The position numbers and the translations under genes are program-made. Shown here piece by piece: positions 20,476-29,621 of a stretch of DNA of 64,000 bases (positions within the stretch are counted from its first letter, which is position 1; each line of letters opens with the position of its first letter). The notes under the pieces are model-generated. The model was not told where the DNA came from, ran no database searches, and was given only the letters and a program-made list of their open reading frames with translations. This DNA comes from an uncultured Gammaproteobacteria bacterium. GTDB taxonomy: Bacteria; Patescibacteriota; Microgenomatia; Levybacterales; UBA12049. The stretch lies in contig CAZKJM010000001.1 of the NCBI GenBank assembly GCA_964553245.1, forward strand, positions 362,667 to 426,666, in the 5' to 3' direction.

Positions 20476-21339
20476 TTATTTTCTTAATCTTCTTGAGTAA
20501 AAATTAGCAAGCCTAATTCCCGCAATAGATAAAGCATAAATCCGATCTGTTTCTGGAATTACTTCTATTATCTCGTCCATTTTTTGCATATCCCCCATTG
20601 CTCCTGCTACTTTTACTGCTCCGGTTAGATTACCTTTTTTTATTAAAAGATCAATTATCTTGCCTGCCCTTTGAGCATCGTCGATTATTGCTGCAGCTTC
20701 TCCTGCTATTGAATTTAGATAACCTTTTTCTGCTCTATCATACAATGCCGCATCTATTGCTTTAATTGAAAAGTCTTTATTACCTGACAATGCAGTTATA
20801 TATGCTGCTATTTCAAACTTTTGCATTCCAAAAAGTTCTTCTGCTTTTTTTGTTACATCCTGCGTATCACCAGTTATTCTACTAAGCTTTGCGCTTAGGG
20901 TTCCTGCATCAAGAGAAGTAGGAGATAATTGATTAATTGCTTCTTTAACAGATTCTGTATCATTTATTTCAGCTGCAATTGCTCCTGCTGTCCCTGCTCC
21001 GTGGACTCGAGAAAAACAATGTTCCATAGCAACTGTTGCCTGATCAGTTATTCCCAATAACGCTGAAATCATTCCATATTCATAGACGCTCGAACCCAAA
21101 TCTATGTCGCTTTGAGGATGAGCGATTTGTTTTTTTAGTTTTTTAAGCGTTTTTTTTGCTAAGCCTTTGTTTTCAACTGTAGCTGCAATAATTCCTGACC
21201 CTTTATAATATTTATTTTTAAAAAGATAGCCAGCAATTTCATTTAGTCTTTTCTTTACCGCTGACTCTTTACTTTCTATTTTTATAAAAACCTCTTGTTG
21301 TTCTGAAATAAAATTATCTCCAACTTGTCGCTCAGCCAT
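20476..21339 (-). CDS. Hypothetical Ala/Gly-rich protein
   Basis: 287-aa ORF, no recognised motif. Confidence 0.4.
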   Translation of the reverse strand: MAERQVGDNFISEQQEVFIKIESKESAVKKRLNEIAGYLFKNKYYKGSGIIAATVENKGLAKKTLKKLKKQIAHPQSDIDLGSSVYEYGMISALLGITDQATVAMEHCFSRVHGAGTAGAIAAEINDTESVKEAINQLSPTSLDAGTLSAKLSRITGDTQDVTKKAEELFGMQKFEIAAYITALSGNKDFSIKAIDAALYDRAEKGYLNSIAGEAAAIIDDAQRAGKIIDLLIKKGNLTGAVKVAGAMGDMQKMDEIIEVIPETDRIYALSIAGIRLANFYSRRLRK

Positions 21340-21384
21340 AAACGTATTCTATCAAAAAAAATATAATATATCAAACAATATCAA

Positions 21385-21417
21385 CTCCGCGGGATGGACG
21401 ATGTTAGAACCTATTTT
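21385..21417 (-). repeat. Family-1 dispersed repeat copy B
   Basis: CTCCGCGGGATGGACGATGTTAGAACCTATTTT, 5 nt downstream of stop of 21422-22216. Confidence 0.6.
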
Positions 21418-21421
21418 ATAA

Positions 21422-22216
21422 CTATTGACTAGTAACTAAACCTATTCCTTCTGCTATCTTAGCCTGCCTATCAAATCGCTGAGCTTTGCCTCTTAGCCAT
21501 TCCTTCATCTCTTCTTCAAGTTTAGGAAGTCTTTCTCTGGTTTTTTTATAAACTCCATCATTGTCTTCAACTTTCTTAAACCATTCTGGTTCATCCATAT
21601 CATAAAAAGTTTTGCCATATTTTTCTTTGAACTGCTGACCCCATGTTAAGAAAGTCACTCTAAACTCTGCTCCTTCGATATCATTCATACCATAATGACC
21701 AAATGCAACAACTCCCCAAAGATTTTTAAATAAAGCAAACTGTTCCATTTCCCGAGCCTGTCCTTCATCAAGTACGCCTGGATCTTTTTTCTTAATATCT
21801 ATTCCTAATTGATGAGGAATAGAAGGGTATTTATCGTCTTTGGATACTCCAAGTGTTGGACGAAGATATTCTCTTAACCCTTCGCTAATAATACCTTTTG
21901 CTGCATCTGTTCCTGGATAATAAAAATCTATTAAATCCCCTAATCTTTCGTCCATTGGGTTTTTAGGAGAGTTATAATTATCGTAGCCGCTAAAAGACTT
22001 ATTTATGCCTATCGTCCAAATGTTTCCTCTCAATTGCTTAGGTAATTTCTTACAAAGCTCTACAATTTCTTTCGCTGCCTCTATTGGAGACTGGGGTGTC
22101 TCGTGTATTAATCTTATTGCCCTAGAGGCCTTTTTATAATCAGGGTCGTGCTTTTGAGCTTGCTCTCCTAGCTTAATTGCAATATCTGGTCCTGTAGGTC
22201 TGTCTAATTCTGTCAT
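21422..22216 (-). CDS. Hypothetical protein
   Basis: 264-aa ORF flanked by family-2 repeat upstream and family-1 repeat downstream. Confidence 0.4.
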   Translation of the reverse strand: MTELDRPTGPDIAIKLGEQAQKHDPDYKKASRAIRLIHETPQSPIEAAKEIVELCKKLPKQLRGNIWTIGINKSFSGYDNYNSPKNPMDERLGDLIDFYYPGTDAAKGIISEGLREYLRPTLGVSKDDKYPSIPHQLGIDIKKKDPGVLDEGQAREMEQFALFKNLWGVVAFGHYGMNDIEGAEFRVTFLTWGQQFKEKYGKTFYDMDEPEWFKKVEDNDGVYKKTRERLPKLEEEMKEWLRGKAQRFDRQAKIAEGIGLVTSQ

Positions 22217-22264
22217 CTTACTGAGGCAGTTAGCTTATTATAGTTAATAAATATTAAATTTCAA

Positions 22265-22317
22265 GGGCTAAAAACGGAGCTCTGTGTGTCGGTCAAGAAC
22301 CATTTGAGGTCATAGTC
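22265..22317 (-). repeat. Family-2 dispersed repeat copy G
   Basis: GGGCTAAAAACGGAGCTCTGTGTGTCGGTCAAGAACCATTTGAGGTCATAGTC; shares head with family 1 and core TGTCGGTC...ATAGTC with copies at 35676, 35728, 36838. Confidence 0.55.
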
Positions 22318-22378
22318 TGTTTTTTCTCCAAAATAAATAAGACGAATGAGACAGTATAAAAATGTCTTAAAAATAAAG

Positions 22379-22407
22379 TTGACATATGCGACTTAGTCGC
22401 ATATAAT
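22379..22407 (+). promoter_or_regulatory. Sigma70-type promoter (TTGACA-17-TATAAT) with embedded 21-bp perfect palindrome ATATGCGACTTAGTCGCATAT = probable Zur operator; transcript likely leaderless
   Basis: TTGACA 22379-22384, palindrome 22384-22404 fills the spacer, TATAAT 22402-22407, ATG of zur at 22414. Confidence 0.55.
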
Positions 22408-22413
22408 AACCTT

Positions 22414-22797
22414 ATGAGTTTTCTTCAAAATCAAAAAACGAGAAAAAACGAAACTAAAAAAGAAATTATTGATCTTCTTTCAAAAACAAAAGCTCCTGTT
22501 GATGTAAATTTTATTATTTCAAAAGTTAAGTCTCATCGGGCAACAATTTTTAGATCCCTTAATAAGCTTGTAAATACCGGAGATATAAAAAGGTTAGACT
22601 TTCAAGAAAAAAAAGCCAGATATGAACTCGCCAAAGATCATCATCACCACCTAATATGCGAAAATTGCGGAAAAATTGAGAAAATCTCAAATTGTATTGT
22701 TTCGAACTTGGAAGAAAAGGTCAATAAAGAGAAGAAATTTTTAATAAAGTCTCATTCTCTTGAATTTTTTGGCTTATGCCATAAATGTCATACTTAA
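22414..22797 (+). CDS. zur: Fur-family metalloregulator, probably Zur
   Basis: Winged-helix N-terminus, HHHHLICENCGKIEKI ... CHKCH metal sites; first gene of znu operon. Confidence 0.65.
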   Translation: MSFLQNQKTRKNETKKEIIDLLSKTKAPVDVNFIISKVKSHRATIFRSLNKLVNTGDIKRLDFQEKKARYELAKDHHHHLICENCGKIEKISNCIVSNLEEKVNKEKKFLIKSHSLEFFGLCHKCHT

Positions 22798-23794
22798 AAC
22801 AATGAAGAAAAATATTCTATTTATTTTTGTAATCTTAATTATTATCGCCGGTTTTTATACTCTGTTTTCATTCTTAAACAAAACTACTACTAATAACTCG
22901 GGAAAAATTGTAATTATAACCACTCTTTTCCCAACTTATGATTTTGCCAAAAATATTGGAGGCGACAAAGTTGATGCTTCTCTACTTTTGCCACCCGGGG
23001 TAGAAGCTCATTCCTTTGAGCCAAAACCAAGCGATGTCACAAGAATTAATCAAGCAAATATTTTTGTTTATACAGGTGAATTCATGGAACCGTGGGCCCA
23101 TGACATTATTGAAGGTGCTAATAAAAAAGTGAGAATAGTTGATGCAAGTACCGGAATTAAACTGTCTGTAGATAATGGCCATGACCATGACCATAATCAT
23201 GAAACGGAAGAGCATAAAGATGAAGAACATTACGCAGAGGAAGAACATCATCATGTCCACAATGGAGTAGATCCTCATATCTGGCTTGATTTCGATAACG
23301 CCATCCAAATGGCAAGTAATATTGAAAAAGCTCTGGAAGAAATTGACCCAAAAAATAAAGCTTATTATCAAGATAATTTAAATAAATACCAACAATCTCT
23401 CTTAGAACTCGATGATACATATAAAGAATCTCTTTCTAATTGTCAGACTAAAACAATCGTATATGGTGGTCATTATGCTTTTGGCTATTTAGCAAAGAAG
23501 TATGGGCTTGAATATGAAGCAGCTCAAGGCTTCTCGCCTGATGCAGAACCAACTGCAAAAGACATGATTTCCCTTATAGAACAAATCAAGAAAAACAACA
23601 TTAAGTACATTTTCTACGAAGAGCTAAGCAGTCCAAAGATTGCGGAAACTTTAGCTAAGGAAACAAGCGCAAAGATGCTTCTTCTAAATGGTGCTCATAA
23701 TTTGTCAAAAGAAGACTATGAAAAAAATACTTCTTATCTAACAATCATGAAAGAAAACCTCGCCAATTTAAAAATTGGGTTAATATGCAATTAA
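22760..23794 (+). CDS. znuA: Zinc ABC transporter substrate-binding protein ZnuA (true start probably M at 22805)
   Basis: Signal/TM, cluster-9 SBP fold motifs, His/Asp/Glu-rich loop DNGHDHDHNHETEEHKDEEHYAEEEHHHVH. Confidence 0.7.
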   Translation: MNFLAYAINVILKTMKKNILFIFVILIIIAGFYTLFSFLNKTTTNNSGKIVIITTLFPTYDFAKNIGGDKVDASLLLPPGVEAHSFEPKPSDVTRINQANIFVYTGEFMEPWAHDIIEGANKKVRIVDASTGIKLSVDNGHDHDHNHETEEHKDEEHYAEEEHHHVHNGVDPHIWLDFDNAIQMASNIEKALEEIDPKNKAYYQDNLNKYQQSLLELDDTYKESLSNCQTKTIVYGGHYAFGYLAKKYGLEYEAAQGFSPDAEPTAKDMISLIEQIKKNNIKYIFYEELSSPKIAETLAKETSAKMLLLNGAHNLSKEDYEKNTSYLTIMKENLANLKIGLICN

Positions 23795-23817
23795 TGTCTG
23801 CAAAGGAAGTGAAGTAA

Positions 23818-23982
23818 ATGAAGTTTTACAATGTTAAAACAAGACAATTTGTCGGGGTTGATGACAGCAAGGTTGAAGTAATAACCATGAAAAATGGGAA
23901 AAAAGCCGCAAGAGCCATTGTAGATGGCATGAAACTATTTAAAATCATGAGCACAGAAGACGCAGTGAAATTAAGCAAGTAA
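23818..23982 (+). CDS. Unannotated 54-aa ORF inside znu operon (MKFYNVKTRQFVGVDDSKVEVITMKNGKKAARAIVDGMKLFKIMSTEDAVKLSK)
   Basis: Open frame between znuA and znuC with plausible spacing; below ORF-track size cutoff; function unknown. Confidence 0.3.
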   Translation: MKFYNVKTRQFVGVDDSKVEVITMKNGKKAARAIVDGMKLFKIMSTEDAVKLSK

Positions 23983-24093
23983 CAGTATTTGCCAAATGCC
24001 TTCGTTCGGCATTTTACACAATATATTTTTCAGAGAGTTTTTATAGAAAAGAACTCTCTGAATTTGGTATTATTAGCTATAAATATTAAAATT

Positions 24094-24843
24094 ATGGATA
24101 CTATTTTAAAAGTTAACGATTTATCAATTCGCTATGAACAAACAGAAGCAATTAAAAATGTTTCTTTTGAAGTTAAAAAAGGCGATTTTATTGGACTGGT
24201 AGGGCCGAATGGCGGAGGGAAAACAACATTAGTAAAAGCTATTTTAGGCCTTATTCAATATTCTGGAGAAATTAATCTTCTAAGTAAAACTCAAAAAAAA
24301 TTTAATTCCTTTTCAAAAATCGGCTATTTACCGCAAAAACAAACGAGCGTTAATCCGCTCTTTCCTGCCTCAGTTAAGGAAGTTGTCTTACTTGGATTAT
24401 TGTCAAGCAAGAAATCTTTTAAAAAAATTAATAAAGAAGATCTGCAGAAAACAGAAAATACACTCGAGACGCTTCACATCTCAAAGCTTAAAAATAAAAT
24501 GTTTTCAGATCTTTCAGGAGGCCAACAGCAAAAAGTATTGCTGGCTCGAGCCCTAGTTTCAAATCCGGAAATTTTAATTCTTGATGAACCCTCAACAGCT
24601 CTTGATCCTAAATCAAGAGAGGATTTTTTTTCTCTTGTTGAAAAACTAAATAAAAAAAATAAAACAACAATTATTTTAATTACTCACGATACCGGATATA
24701 TCGGAAAATATGCCAATAAGCTTCTCTATATCGATAATCAGTTAGTATTTTTTGGAGAAATAAAAAAGTTCTGTCCATCTAAAGATGTTAAGACATGTTT
24801 TGAAAAAAGCGATAAGCATATTATTTGGCATCAACATAAATAA
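24094..24843 (+). CDS. znuC: Zinc ABC transporter ATP-binding protein ZnuC (start taken at internal ATG 24094; track ORF begins 23989)
   Basis: Walker A GPNGGGKTT, signature LSGGQQQKVLLARAL, Walker B ILILDEP. Confidence 0.7.
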   Translation: MDTILKVNDLSIRYEQTEAIKNVSFEVKKGDFIGLVGPNGGGKTTLVKAILGLIQYSGEINLLSKTQKKFNSFSKIGYLPQKQTSVNPLFPASVKEVVLLGLLSSKKSFKKINKEDLQKTENTLETLHISKLKNKMFSDLSGGQQQKVLLARALVSNPEILILDEPSTALDPKSREDFFSLVEKLNKKNKTTIILITHDTGYIGKYANKLLYIDNQLVFFGEIKKFCPSKDVKTCFEKSDKHIIWHQHK

Positions 24844-24846
24844 ACT

Positions 24847-25656
24847 ATGGAATTATATCAATTATTTCAATATGCCTTTATTCAAAAAGCTTTTCTAGCT
24901 GGATCATTTATTGCGATTAGCTGTGCTTGTCTTGGTCTTTTCCTTGTACTTAGAAAGATGTCTTTAATAGGAGACGGATTATCGCATGTAAGTTTCGGAG
25001 CAATAGCCCTAGGACTATTTTTTGGCTTATATCCTTTTTACGTTGCAATTCCTCTGGTTATCATGGCTTCTCTTCTAATTCTAAAAATTAGTGAAAAAGC
25101 AAAAATTTATGGAGATTCTGCAATTGGCATCGTATCAGCATTTGGAATTGCAGGGGGAATAATCTTGGCCAGTCTTTCTAATGGATTTAACGTTGATTTA
25201 TTTAGTTATCTTTTTGGAAACATCCTTGCTGTTAGCACAAATGAAGTAATTACTTCTGTCTTCCTTTCATTGGTTGTTCTGATTACAATTTACTTTTTTT
25301 ATTGGGATTTATTCTCTGTCACATTTGATCTTGAGTATGCAAAAACTACCGGAATTAAACCAAATTTTATAAATTCCCTTTTAACCATTCTCACCGCTGT
25401 TGTCGTTGTTTTGTCAATCAAGGTAGTTGGAATCATGCTGGTTTCTGCTCTTTTAATTTTACCTGCAGTCACCGCTTTGCAAATTTCAAAAAAATTCAAA
25501 ACCACTTTGTTTATTAGCTGCATTACATCTTTTATATCGGTATTCTTGGGAATAGCAATTTCGTTTTTAATTGATCTCCCAACAGGGGCTACAATTGTAA
25601 TGATTAACGCTTTTTTCTTTACAACAGCTTTCTTTTCTAAAAGATTACAACGGTAA
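24847..25656 (+). CDS. znuB: Zinc ABC transporter permease ZnuB
   Basis: 8-TM ABC-3 type permease immediately after znuC. Confidence 0.7.
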   Translation: MELYQLFQYAFIQKAFLAGSFIAISCACLGLFLVLRKMSLIGDGLSHVSFGAIALGLFFGLYPFYVAIPLVIMASLLILKISEKAKIYGDSAIGIVSAFGIAGGIILASLSNGFNVDLFSYLFGNILAVSTNEVITSVFLSLVVLITIYFFYWDLFSVTFDLEYAKTTGIKPNFINSLLTILTAVVVVLSIKVVGIMLVSALLILPAVTALQISKKFKTTLFISCITSFISVFLGIAISFLIDLPTGATIVMINAFFFTTAFFSKRLQR

Positions 25657-25685
25657 AATTATACTTACCAAAAGATCTACTTTTC

Positions 25686-25729
25686 CTAAAAACGGAGCTC
25701 CGAGGGATAGAGGATGTTAGAACCTATTT
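25686..25729 (-). repeat. Family-1 dispersed repeat copy C (full length, contains stop codon of 25724-26176)
   Basis: CTAAAAACGGAGCTCCGAGGGATAGAGGATGTTAGAACCTATTT; stop CTA(rc TAG) at 25724-25726 lies inside AACCTATT. Confidence 0.65.
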
Positions 25730-26176
25730 AGGCTTAACATGCCAAGAGGTTTTTATTGCAGGGAGCTCTTCTCGTATAGCTGATAATCTGTTATTAACTT
25801 GATCTGCAGGGGTTTCATCTTTAAATATTTCTGGAAAGATGATTTTTCTTCCACTTGCTGATTCTGAAGTGAAAACTACACGTGACAGAACAGAACCCTT
25901 ACTTTCAATTACTGCATCAACGGATGTTCCACCTTTATCTTTTAAAGCATCTATAAAAGTTCCTAGCGATTTTTTTCTAATAGTAGACTTTCTTACTCTA
26001 TCCATTATCTTGGTAAATTTTCCTCTAGTTAGATCAACAACCTTAACGCTTTCATCCAATCCTTCAACAATTACTTTAGTTCCTTTTGGGGCTTTAAGAA
26101 TTGTTACTTCCGTAACTGTCCCAACAGGATTTCCATACATATCTTCAAGTCCATGTGGCGTTTCAACTAATGGCAT
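25724..26176 (-). CDS. Hypothetical protein
   Basis: 150-aa ORF, stop embedded in family-1 repeat. Confidence 0.4.
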   Translation of the reverse strand: MPLVETPHGLEDMYGNPVGTVTEVTILKAPKGTKVIVEGLDESVKVVDLTRGKFTKIMDRVRKSTIRKKSLGTFIDALKDKGGTSVDAVIESKGSVLSRVVFTSESASGRKIIFPEIFKDETPADQVNNRLSAIREELPAIKTSWHVKPK

Positions 26177-26220
26177 AGTTGGGTGATTATATTGTTCAAA
26201 CAGTAAAAAGTCAAATTGAG

Positions 26221-26267
26221 GCTAAAAACAGAGCTCCGAGGAATGGAGGATGTTAGAACCTTATTTT
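26221..26267 (-). repeat. Family-1 dispersed repeat copy D (full length)
   Basis: GCTAAAAACAGAGCTCCGAGGAATGGAGGATGTTAGAACCTTATTTT; stop of 26261-26596 at 26261-26263 inside repeat. Confidence 0.65.
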
Positions 26268-26596
26268 CCTAATTTCGTATTCAAATTTTGTTTTTTTTCA
26301 ACAAAAGCTGTTTTTTTATTTTCCTTCCTAATTGGTCCGTGAACTTCATTTGGAAACATTTCTTGATATACATTATCTAAAACCCTTGGCTTATCTCCTG
26401 TTGCTATATTGGCGATTGCTCTTAAATAATGACTTCCCAAGCCTTGTTCGGTAAAAATTACCCAGCTGTCTTTTTTATAACCGTATCCTTCCAATATTTT
26501 TTGAGCCGCTTCTGGACTCATTCCTGGAATGCCTTTTACCGCTTCTCGTCTCTGTTCTTCAATTGGCCTTGGTGTTTCTTTCGAATCTTCAAGCAT
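26261..26596 (-). CDS. Hypothetical protein
   Basis: 111-aa ORF. Confidence 0.4.
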   Translation of the reverse strand: MLEDSKETPRPIEEQRREAVKGIPGMSPEAAQKILEGYGYKKDSWVIFTEQGLGSHYLRAIANIATGDKPRVLDNVYQEMFPNEVHGPIRKENKKTAFVEKKQNLNTKLGK

Positions 26597-26627
26597 AAAC
26601 TGATTATATCAGAAGTTCGAAGCATGA

Positions 26628-26675
26628 GGGCTAAGAATGAAGCTCCGAGGGATGGAGGATATTAGAACCTATTTT
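26628..26675 (-). repeat. Family-1 dispersed repeat copy E (full length, variant GGATATTAGAACC)
   Basis: GGGCTAAGAATGAAGCTCCGAGGGATGGAGGATATTAGAACCTATTTTT; stop of 26662-27306 (TTA rc TAA at 26662-26664) inside repeat. Confidence 0.65.
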
Positions 26676-27306
26676 TGTGATAAATATTCTCATTGCTGAA
26701 GGAACTCTTGTTAACAACAACACTTCTACGTCCAGATGTATTAATTTTCAAAAGCGTATTAACCTCAATGCCTGTTTCTTCTTTTATTTTATTTAGGCCT
26801 TCTTTTTCTACTCTTTCTGCTATTGCTATTGCTCTTATTATTTTAACATTCATTTGCTGAAGCGTTTTAATCATCGCAGTCATTGTTTTCCCAGAATCTA
26901 TGATATCATCTACGATGACTACCCTATCATTCCCCAAAAGTCCATTAAAATAAAGAGACATGTTCTTATTGTAAGATATTGAAAATTTTACCCCTTTTTC
27001 CCCTGGTATCTTACATGGATTTTGTTTTGCCAAACAAAAAGGAAGATCAACCGCTAAGGCTAAACAGGCAGCGATATATCCTCCCCTTTCTTCTTCTCCA
27101 ACTATCTTGTTTATCCTGTTTAAATCTGTTCCTAAACTATCTATAACCCCATTAATTACCTGCTTCATGATTAAAGGTGTTGTTGAAGGAATATGATCAG
27201 TTAAAGTATTTATTAAATACGTATCCCTTTCATTAATCTTAATTATTTTTTGATTATCGAATGCCTTAATTAAATCTTTCATTAAAATTAAGTAAAGATT
27301 ATACAT
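26662..27306 (-). CDS. Type I phosphoribosyltransferase domain protein
   Basis: PRPP-binding motif VVIVDDIIDSGKTMTAM. Confidence 0.55.
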   Translation of the reverse strand: MYNLYLILMKDLIKAFDNQKIIKINERDTYLINTLTDHIPSTTPLIMKQVINGVIDSLGTDLNRINKIVGEEERGGYIAACLALAVDLPFCLAKQNPCKIPGEKGVKFSISYNKNMSLYFNGLLGNDRVVIVDDIIDSGKTMTAMIKTLQQMNVKIIRAIAIAERVEKEGLNKIKEETGIEVNTLLKINTSGRRSVVVNKSSFSNENIYHKNRF

Positions 27307-27360
27307 ATAGACTGTGGTTTACGCAAGAATGTATACAGATATTAATAAGATAACCGTTTA

Positions 27361-28566
27361 TTAAATTACTTTTTCAAGCAATATAACACTTTTCCCTTTT
27401 GCTTTTTTTCGAAAAGCTATTCTAATATTCTTACTTTTTGCTATTGTTCCAAAAAGGACAGATATTACCGTTGAACTAGAAGAAAGACACATTAAGCCAT
27501 TATTACTTAATAAATCTGTAAATTGCTGCAGGTATAAACCATATGTTAATATTTTTTGTTTTCTAGGAACAATACCGATAATTAAGTTGAATTGTTTTTT
27601 GGGAATTTTAAATTCAACTTGATGATAAATAAAGGCTTTTATTCCATATTTCTTAAGATTATGTCTTGCGGTAAGTAATGCTAATAAATCCCTATCTACT
27701 AAATGAACTGCATTTCTCTGAAATGCTTTACATGCTACTAATGGAATATATCCTTGTTTTACATTAAAACATATAATTTCATTAGTATTGTTGTTTTTAA
27801 TTTTTTTTATATTATCTATTAATAAGCTTGTTTCGTAGTTTAATTGATCAAACTCAGGCAAATTGTAACTAACATCTAGTTCATATTCACAATCCTCAAA
27901 CCTTAACTTATTTTGCCCACGAAAGAATAATTTCCTCCCAAAAAGAAGTTGCTTTGGTTTCAATAGTCCTTTATGGTTAATAAATTTATAGTGATAAACA
28001 TGATGCCCGGGCCAATTCTGATGGTAAAGTATTGCAATATCGTCGTCTTTTTCTAGGAACTGTGAAACTAGATCATTAATATCATCAATAACCACTATTG
28101 CCATCGTTCCATTTTCCGTTAAATACCTTTTTGCTTCCTTAATCATATGTTTCAGAGTCGCCTTGCCTACTTTAGCTGGAATATTAGAAGTAATTAAATT
28201 AAACTCATTAGTAGCAATTTGCTCATACCCTAAGCTAGGGTAAACCTTAACATTGTCAACATGATTAAGCTTAACGTTTTCCTTGCAGTATTCTATTGCT
28301 AAAGCATCATAATCGACCATATGTACTTCTGCTGACGGACATATTTTTTTTAACACAATTCCTATTGGCCCATAGCCACATCCTAAATCAAGAGCTTTTT
28401 TATAAGAATTTATCTTTTGATAAAGCAGAGACCGGATTAATCTTTGAGTACCATGATCAATGTTCTGTGAACTAAATAAGTCTTGAGATACCTTAAATTT
28501 TAATTCTTGATCAAGAAATTTATATAAAATTGTTTTTTTATAAAATGATTCTGTTATATTCATCAC
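27361..28566 (-). CDS. Class I SAM-dependent methyltransferase (MTS/RsmC-like, two-lobed)
   Basis: DLGCGYGPIGIVLKK motif I; 401 aa with second degenerate MTase-like half. Confidence 0.5.
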   Translation of the reverse strand: MMNITESFYKKTILYKFLDQELKFKVSQDLFSSQNIDHGTQRLIRSLLYQKINSYKKALDLGCGYGPIGIVLKKICPSAEVHMVDYDALAIEYCKENVKLNHVDNVKVYPSLGYEQIATNEFNLITSNIPAKVGKATLKHMIKEAKRYLTENGTMAIVVIDDINDLVSQFLEKDDDIAILYHQNWPGHHVYHYKFINHKGLLKPKQLLFGRKLFFRGQNKLRFEDCEYELDVSYNLPEFDQLNYETSLLIDNIKKIKNNNTNEIICFNVKQGYIPLVACKAFQRNAVHLVDRDLLALLTARHNLKKYGIKAFIYHQVEFKIPKKQFNLIIGIVPRKQKILTYGLYLQQFTDLLSNNGLMCLSSSSTVISVLFGTIAKSKNIRIAFRKKAKGKSVILLEKVI

Positions 28567-29579
28567 TGGTAGATATCTTTGGAAAATGCCTTCTGTGGGC
28601 TAATGTTTTGGTTATTGTACCACAATATATGGGTTTTTATAATTTGATCTATTTGTGAATGCTTGGTTTTAAAACCTAAAACCCTATTGAGCTTAAAGGG
28701 ATCTGCTATTAAAATTTCGGGATCACCTAGTCTTTTGCCCTTGAATATAATTGATATTTTTTTAGATAAAAGTTTTTCACAGGTTTTAATAACCTCTAGA
28801 TTCGAATACCCCTTGCCTGTACCAACGTTAAAAACATTGAATTTTTTAATTTTTCGAGACAACATTGCTCTAAGTGCAACTACATGAGCTTCTGCTATAT
28901 CGAGAACGTGAACATAATCTCTTATGCATGTTCCATCTTTGGTATTATAATTATTACCAAAGATCAATATGGGTTCTTCGTTTATGGCATTTTTAATAAC
29001 ATTTGGGATAAGATGAGTTTCTTTTTTGTGGTTTTCCCCAAGATTACCATCTAAAGAGGCTCCAGCAACATTAAAAAACCTTAGGCAAGCAACGTTTAAC
29101 GTATCTGATTTTGATACATAACGTAAAAGGTTTTCTGTTTCTAATTTTGTTTCCGCATAAGGATTAATCGGATGAGGAATCATATTCTCATTTATTTTTT
29201 TACTAGAACTATTTCCATATATTGAACAACTAGATGAAAAAATAAAATTTTTAATGTTTGCATTCATACATTCTGAAATTAAAATATAAGATGCTACGGA
29301 ATTATTCTCATAATATTTCATGGGATTCTTATAGGATTCCTCTACCGATGCACAAGCAGCAAAATGCATAATTGCGGAAAACCTATATTTGTTTAAAATC
29401 GTTTTAAGTAAAGCTTTGTCTTGAATTTGCCCTTGATAAAATTCTGCCCTAGAATTGATTGCTGACCTATCGCTATTTTCAAGACTATCAACAACAACCA
29501 CCTTGTAACCAAGATCTATTAATAGCTTCGTAGTGATTGCTCCTATATATCCTGCTCCTCCAGTAACTAAAATGTTCAT
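28563..29579 (-). CDS. galE: UDP-glucose 4-epimerase family (GalE-like NAD-dependent epimerase)
   Basis: MNILVTGGAGYIGAITTKLL Rossmann motif, catalytic YAETK. Confidence 0.6.
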   Translation of the reverse strand: MNILVTGGAGYIGAITTKLLIDLGYKVVVVDSLENSDRSAINSRAEFYQGQIQDKALLKTILNKYRFSAIMHFAACASVEESYKNPMKYYENNSVASYILISECMNANIKNFIFSSSCSIYGNSSSKKINENMIPHPINPYAETKLETENLLRYVSKSDTLNVACLRFFNVAGASLDGNLGENHKKETHLIPNVIKNAINEEPILIFGNNYNTKDGTCIRDYVHVLDIAEAHVVALRAMLSRKIKKFNVFNVGTGKGYSNLEVIKTCEKLLSKKISIIFKGKRLGDPEILIADPFKLNRVLGFKTKHSQIDQIIKTHILWYNNQNISPQKAFSKDIYQ

Positions 29580-29621
29580 AATGACATAAATTATACTATA
29601 ATACGCGTTAATATCTATATT

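Noticed and set aside
25712-25727. GGAGGATG within family-1 repeat as an SD plus start codon on the plus strand
   Set aside because: There is zero spacing between GGAGG and ATG, and no ORF follows; it lies antisense within the 3' ends of minus-strand genes.
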